Below are positions 12,091 through 16,123 of a DNA stretch of 16,123 nt, piece after piece. Source of the stretch: a virus; the IMG/VR virus record IMGVR_UViG_3300045988_123035, positions 1 through 16,123 of that record. The stretch is one strand, 5' to 3'. The position numbers were made by a program, and so were the translations under genes. The notes under the pieces are model-generated. The model saw nothing but the letters and a program-made list of their open reading frames with translations, made no database searches and was not told where the DNA came from. Positions within the stretch are counted from its first letter, which is position 1; each line of letters opens with the position of its first letter.

Positions 12091-14238
12091 TTATTCGCAA
12101 TTATCTATAAAATTTCTGCCTATAATTTCTGAATATTCATCCGTAATCCCTAAAGTATAAGTTGTGTCTACAATCGCAATGTTTGACGCTGTTGTAAACG
12201 TTGACTTTTTACCCATATAATCTGTTATTGTTATCGAATGTATGTTAGATTCATTAAAATAAGAAACTGTGCGTCCAGAATCAATAAAAAGCTTTCCAAT
12301 TTTAAAATCACTTATGCCGTTTCCGCGCTCTAACTCTGCCGCTCCTTTTTGTTTTGATAGACCAGATACAGTAACATGTAACTTGTTATCTTTGCTATCT
12401 ATGTATGCGTACTTTTTTGCACCTAGCGTCTTAAATTTTTTATAATTACCGTCGTCATCCCATATCCCTAAATAAAAACGCGTTGCAGTACCATCTTCAT
12501 TTTGGCGATCTGCATAATTGCGATAACGTTGTTTTTTTGCTAATAAGTAATCATTCCGGTCTTTAAAGCTTTGTAAATGCTGTTTTCCTATGAATTTTAC
12601 GCTATCAGTGTCGGCGTAGACAAAATCCCACCCAACAGCATCAATCATTTTTTGCAATTCCCATCTTGCATTAGCTGTAATGTACACTCCCCATTGATAG
12701 AGTAAAAACGAATTTTTTGAAGCTGTATAACTAGCTATTGATTCTAACAAATCCGGTGTAACTTTTGTCCACTCTCCGTCTGTGTAAACTATTTCATCAT
12801 GGCATATGTCTGTAACCATAGTACCAAAAACAGAGTTTAAGCTGTTTTTGCTTTTCATGTACTCGTATTCTTTCCCCGCTACATCCTTAAGTTGAGTTTT
12901 TTTGTCGTAAAACTCTAACATAGTGCTTACTATTGGTGCTGGCAAATAATCTTTTTTCGCCATGTAACCGCGTATCCACTCTATATCCTCAAAATGATAT
13001 TGATTGCAGATAATAATAAAGTCTAGTTCCGTGCAAGCATACGTTACCCATTCAGCCGATAACACGCGCCCGTTGTCGTTTATATACTCTTTACTAAATG
13101 ACGTACAATGCGCAAAGTCTATATAAGGCACTGTAACATCATCATGTACTGTTATAGTCTTAAATGTTACATGCATAATGATAGCGTTTTGTTTTTTGTT
13201 ACAATCAGATAATAATTGTGTAAAGTTTTTTGGTGTATACTCTGTAAACGGTGTCATAGGGTACAAATCAGAGCATATACATGATGGATAACTTGACACT
13301 CTATCCATGCTGTATACATTTTCAATTATTGCGTCCGCATAATATCTACTGGCATGTGTGTTACCTCCGCGAAAAGCTTTCCGCAATAATGTATAAACTT
13401 CCGGTGTAGGCATAAGAGTTTCAAACAATTCTCTATAATTCTTGTCCTCTCTGCAAGCTTTGCGCATTTCACGACGCACGTATCCGGTCGATGTTAGAGG
13501 TATTGTTGCTAATGTATCATTGTAATCATCCATTTTTGACAGTATACATTCCTCAAGTCCTTTTACATCATTATAGTCATATGCTAACTCTGTTTTAGTT
13601 TGCGGTGTATCTGGCGTACGCACTTTTTTATAATCATATCTATCTTGTAGCTTATAATGTACACAAAATTTTGAATTTTCACAAAATTTTGCTAAACTCA
13701 TGTTTGATAAAAAATAACTACACCTAAATTCAAAATGCGGAAATGTTTCACGTGAAACATTCAATTTGTTTATTGTTTTTAAATAATCTGACTTTAAACA
13801 GGCATTAAATTTAATGACCTTGTGCGATTCACGCGCAAAAAGTGATTCTATATATAAAAAATCCTTTACAAACATAAATTCATAAGCTAAATTATGTACA
13901 TAAATGACTAATTGTTTTGACGCTGATAATTCTAGGTATTCTCCTAGTTTACTTAAAAACATACTGAATTCTTCCCACCGTCTACCAAAACAAACATTCC
14001 CTTTGTAACAAAACTGCCAATGATACATAAATGCATAAGGTTTTTCACTGTTTATTGTTGTAGATTCTATATCAAATGTTGCAGGGCTATCTATATAAGC
14101 AATAGCCCTTTTGCCTTTTTTTCTAACTGTAGTATAATTCCAATTTATTACGTTGTATGGATAATCGTATACTGTATAAACTGTTTCATTTTTTGTATAT
14201 TCTTTCCCGTTTTTTGTATAAAATGTTTGTATTACCAT
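12091..14238 (-). CDS. Family B DNA polymerase, protein-primed type (715 aa)
   Basis: Exonuclease motifs: Exo I FDIEST, Exo II VHNLAYEF, Exo III YDYNDVKGL. Polymerase motifs: motif A DRVSSYP (DxxSLYP), motif B KNSLNSVFG (KxxxNSxYG), motif C YADTDS (YxDTDS), and KxY GAKKYAY. It sits next to a small basic ORF in a genome with ITRs. Confidence 0.95.
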   Translation of the reverse strand: MVIQTFYTKNGKEYTKNETVYTVYDYPYNVINWNYTTVRKKGKRAIAYIDSPATFDIESTTINSEKPYAFMYHWQFCYKGNVCFGRRWEEFSMFLSKLGEYLELSASKQLVIYVHNLAYEFMFVKDFLYIESLFARESHKVIKFNACLKSDYLKTINKLNVSRETFPHFEFRCSYFLSNMSLAKFCENSKFCVHYKLQDRYDYKKVRTPDTPQTKTELAYDYNDVKGLEECILSKMDDYNDTLATIPLTSTGYVRREMRKACREDKNYRELFETLMPTPEVYTLLRKAFRGGNTHASRYYADAIIENVYSMDRVSSYPSCICSDLYPMTPFTEYTPKNFTQLLSDCNKKQNAIIMHVTFKTITVHDDVTVPYIDFAHCTSFSKEYINDNGRVLSAEWVTYACTELDFIIICNQYHFEDIEWIRGYMAKKDYLPAPIVSTMLEFYDKKTQLKDVAGKEYEYMKSKNSLNSVFGTMVTDICHDEIVYTDGEWTKVTPDLLESIASYTASKNSFLLYQWGVYITANARWELQKMIDAVGWDFVYADTDSVKFIGKQHLQSFKDRNDYLLAKKQRYRNYADRQNEDGTATRFYLGIWDDDGNYKKFKTLGAKKYAYIDSKDNKLHVTVSGLSKQKGAAELERGNGISDFKIGKLFIDSGRTVSYFNESNIHSITITDYMGKKSTFTTASNIAIVDTTYTLGITDEYSEIIGRNFIDNCE
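13742..13761. promoter_or_regulatory. parS: parS-like perfect palindrome, copy 4 (20 bp; core 13744..13759), inside the polymerase ORF
   Basis: AATGTTTCACGTGAAACATT. It is read in frame as N160-V-S-R-E-T-F166 of the polymerase. Confidence 0.7.
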
Positions 14239-14729
14239 AGACTTTTACCTTTTATATACGTGTGCATTGCCGAACTATATTCCTCTAGTTCTAACTTTAT
14301 TTCGTTCGCTGATTTACCCTCTTTGTATAGTAGATCGTATATTTCTATAATATCTTCTGATGGATTGCGCATTTTTAAACTTTTATACTCTTGAGAGTGT
14401 AAAAATGCGTAGAAATCTTGATCAGTTAGCAACTCTTCCGATATTCCTAAATTTCTAAGTGCTTGTGTTCTTTCTTGCCTTATTTCTCTTATCCCTGTTA
14501 ATGTATGACTTCTTGCTGTCACAAATCGCACTAACTTCAAATATGCACGCTGATTATACTTATCTGGGTTCCATTCATCCCTTTTACCTAGTACATTCAG
14601 TACACTTTCTTTCTTATATCCAGCTTTTTCAATCCGCGCTTTTTGCTTGTTAGCAAGCGGCGCTAACTTTTTGTACATGTCGCGCCGCTCTTTTCCACGC
14701 AAAGATAAGAGATAATCTTTGTTATACAT
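14232..14729 (-). CDS. Candidate terminal protein (165 aa from the first ATG; a TTG at 14750 would give 172 aa)
   Basis: It lies immediately upstream of the polymerase and is translationally coupled to it (ATGGTAA overlap), as TP is in phi29-like phages. The N-terminus is basic (RGKERRDMYKKLAPLANKQKARIEKAGYKK) and the C-terminus is Ser/Thr/Tyr-rich. No sequence motif is diagnostic. Confidence 0.4.
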   Translation of the reverse strand: MYNKDYLLSLRGKERRDMYKKLAPLANKQKARIEKAGYKKESVLNVLGKRDEWNPDKYNQRAYLKLVRFVTARSHTLTGIREIRQERTQALRNLGISEELLTDQDFYAFLHSQEYKSLKMRNPSEDIIEIYDLLYKEGKSANEIKLELEEYSSAMHTYIKGKSLW

Positions 14730-14982
14730 TGCGCAAATGCTCGGATGCAAACGCCCAAGCTATGCGTTCGTCAATAATTTTTATAGCCCTGTCTAAGTCA
14801 AAATCGTATCTCTCGATAACTACTGTCACTAATTTTACCGTTTTGTAATTAACGCAAACGGCAAATGTTAAGCCTATAGACCCGTCATCATAAGGGCAAA
14901 TGCTGTCTAGTAATACATTTTCCCATTTTGTGCGCACTCTATAAGCAATAGCTTTTTCCTTATACTCTTGTAATTTTGTCAT
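14722..14982 (-). CDS. Hypothetical early protein (86 aa)
   Basis: RBS GGAGGG 6 nt upstream of the ATG, and an intact ORF between the amidase and the TP candidate. Confidence 0.6.
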   Translation of the reverse strand: MTKLQEYKEKAIAYRVRTKWENVLLDSICPYDDGSIGLTFAVCVNYKTVKLVTVVIERYDFDLDRAIKIIDERIAWAFASEHLRNV

Positions 14983-14984
14983 AA

Positions 14985-15707
14985 TTATCCCTCCGTTATA
15001 ATAGCTTTAAATCCGGCACTTTCAAGCGCTACTAACAAATTATGTGCATTTTCGATATTGTGAAAAGCTCCTTTTTGATCGAGCACAGATACACGATAGA
15101 TCTTAGATTCATCAATCTTTTCGCTTGACACGTCCAATTCATCATTCTTAGCTTCCTCCTCTGCTCTCGGTTCGCATATACACCGTGTTCCTGTGATGCC
15201 GTAAACGATTGCTGCTGCCATTTCATGCGGATTGTAAAAAACAATATCTTTTTTCGAATTGACAAAACAACATTCGATAAGCATCGCGGGCGCTTTTGTC
15301 CGGCGTAAAAAGCCTAGCTTCTTGTTGGTTTTTATGCCCCTGTTCTTAAACCCCAACGAACAAATCGCATTAAGCACATTGCCAGCGTAAACACTTGCTT
15401 TCGAGTTCTCGTCATAAATATATACCTCTGTTCCATTAGCTTCTGAATTGGCGGCAGAATTAAAGTGGATTGAAATATCTAAATCAACCTTGTGTTCGTT
15501 GCATTTATTGATAATACGGGTTAAAACATTAGTTTGAGATATTCCGTCTTCCACCGTGCAATCATAGACTGTGTGACCCATTCTGCGCAACTCGTCAACC
15601 ACAAGTTCTTTTACACGCCTATTCTCGATAGATTCAGAGATAAGCCCTACAGCACCGCAAGCTACTTTTCCGTGCGGGTTATGACCCGCGTGTACATTGA
15701 TTACCAT
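14985..15707 (-). CDS. Endolysin: N-acetylmuramoyl-L-alanine amidase (Amidase_3, CD27L-like) with SPOR-like C-terminal domain (240 aa)
   Basis: INVHAGHN...GA.G, DISIHFNSA..NGTEVYIY, FKNRGIK and PAMLIECCFVNSKKD match the pattern of clostridial phage Amidase_3 endolysins. The C-terminus YRVSVLDQKGAFHNIENAHNLLVALESAGFKAII resembles a SPOR repeat. Confidence 0.88.
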   Translation of the reverse strand: MVINVHAGHNPHGKVACGAVGLISESIENRRVKELVVDELRRMGHTVYDCTVEDGISQTNVLTRIINKCNEHKVDLDISIHFNSAANSEANGTEVYIYDENSKASVYAGNVLNAICSLGFKNRGIKTNKKLGFLRRTKAPAMLIECCFVNSKKDIVFYNPHEMAAAIVYGITGTRCICEPRAEEEAKNDELDVSSEKIDESKIYRVSVLDQKGAFHNIENAHNLLVALESAGFKAIITEG

Positions 15708-15751
15708 TTTATTTTCCTCTCTTTCTGATAGACTATTCCTATCTATAATCC

Positions 15752-15780
15752 ATTTTAAACCTACTATATAAAATTGTCAA
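15752..15780 (-). promoter_or_regulatory. Strong SigA-type early promoter (first promoter inside the right ITR boundary)
   Basis: Minus strand: TTGACA, 17 nt, TAAAAT. It lies about 45 nt upstream of the amidase ATG. Confidence 0.7.
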
Positions 15781-15802
15781 CCAGAACTTTTGTTCATGTA
15801 TG

Positions 15803-16074
15803 AGTTATCCACATCGAACAAGTGTTCGTGCTAGACGGACTAATGGTGTCCGTCTACCGCGGACACTGTTTTTTCGTGTTGTGTGAACAACTTTGAAAAC
15901 TCGTTGAATTGTCTGAAAACTTAAAAATCAATATGCATTATGCACAAAGATTTAGTCGATCTTTGTGCATTTTTACTATTGACAAATTGGAATAGATCAA
16001 CTTTTAGGTAGCGAATTTAACATCTGATTTATCGAACGTATGTTTGTCTTTTTGGGGAAAACAGTGTCCGCGCT
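15803..16074. repeat. Right inverted terminal repeat (272 bp)
   Basis: Exact reverse complement of 50..321. It carries mirror copies of the hairpins/terminators (facing outward on the plus strand) and of the LexA-like boxes. Confidence 0.95.
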
Positions 16075-16123
16075 AGATCGGAAGAGCGTCGTGTAGGGAA
16101 AGAGTGTAGATCTCGGTGGTCGC
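16075..16123. other. Illumina TruSeq P5 adapter remnant (reverse complement); synthetic
   Basis: AGATCGGAAGAGCGTCGTGTAGGGAAAGAGTGTAGATCTCGGTGGTCGC, which is the A-tail base plus the adapter read-through sequence. Confidence 0.97.

Noticed and set aside
1770-15265. Nested minus-strand ORFs in alternative frames (1770..1955, 6243..6494, 9937..10191, 15032..15265)
   Set aside because: They are fully contained in longer genes with clear homology patterns. They have no RBS and are considered frame shadows.
646-15728. All plus-strand ORFs in the supplied track (e.g. 1998..2333, 4949..5422, 8830..9168, 11593..11928, 14020..14394, 15534..15728)
   Set aside because: Each lies antisense inside a long, well-supported minus-strand gene or across promoter cassettes. 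They lack RBS and recognisable motifs and have low-complexity, Cys/Phe/Leu-rich shadow-frame composition.
50-16074. Temperate lifestyle or an integrated element
   Set aside because: There is no integrase, recombinase, repressor/antirepressor or att-like flank. The termini abut adapters rather than host sequence.

Overview
The window is one complete, linear 16,025-bp phage genome (50..16074). It still carries 49 nt of Illumina TruSeq P5 adapter on each contig end (1..49 and 16075..16123, inverted). The genome is a small phi29-like, protein-primed podophage (Salasmaviridae/Guelinviridae/Rountreeviridae style) bounded by perfect 272-bp inverted terminal repeats (ITRs). All 20 credible CDS and one tRNA lie on the minus strand, so expression runs right to left.

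Right (early) part: CD27L-like Amidase_3 endolysin, a small ORF, a candidate terminal protein, a family-B protein-primed DNA polymerase, four small ORFs each behind its own SigA-type promoter/leader cassette, an acidic small protein and a putative SSB.

Middle: a 355-bp GC-enriched, heavily structured non-coding region.

Left (late) part: holin, tRNA-Gln(UUG), gp16-like packaging ATPase, tail-associated lysozyme, scaffold, major capsid protein, gp9-like tail knob, gp10-like connector, lower collar and two fibre/receptor-binding proteins. It ends at two intrinsic terminators inside the left ITR.

No integrase or repressor is present, so the phage looks virulent. Promoter/RBS style, amidase type and holin type suggest a low-GC Bacillota host, possibly clostridial and spore-forming. 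The host cannot be determined from sequence alone.

Most notable observations:
- Four identical perfect palindromes ATGTTTCACGTGAAACAT. Their 16-bp core is the idealised chromosomal ParB/Spo0J loading site parS. Three sit at cistron junctions and one inside the polymerase ORF.
- LexA (Cheo-box)-like palindromes in each ITR.
- The structured non-coding region, which is a candidate pRNA or late control region.
- A tRNA wedged between a parS site and the ATPase RBS.
- The tandem promoter cassettes.

All functional calls come from motif and family recognition by eye. No database search was run.
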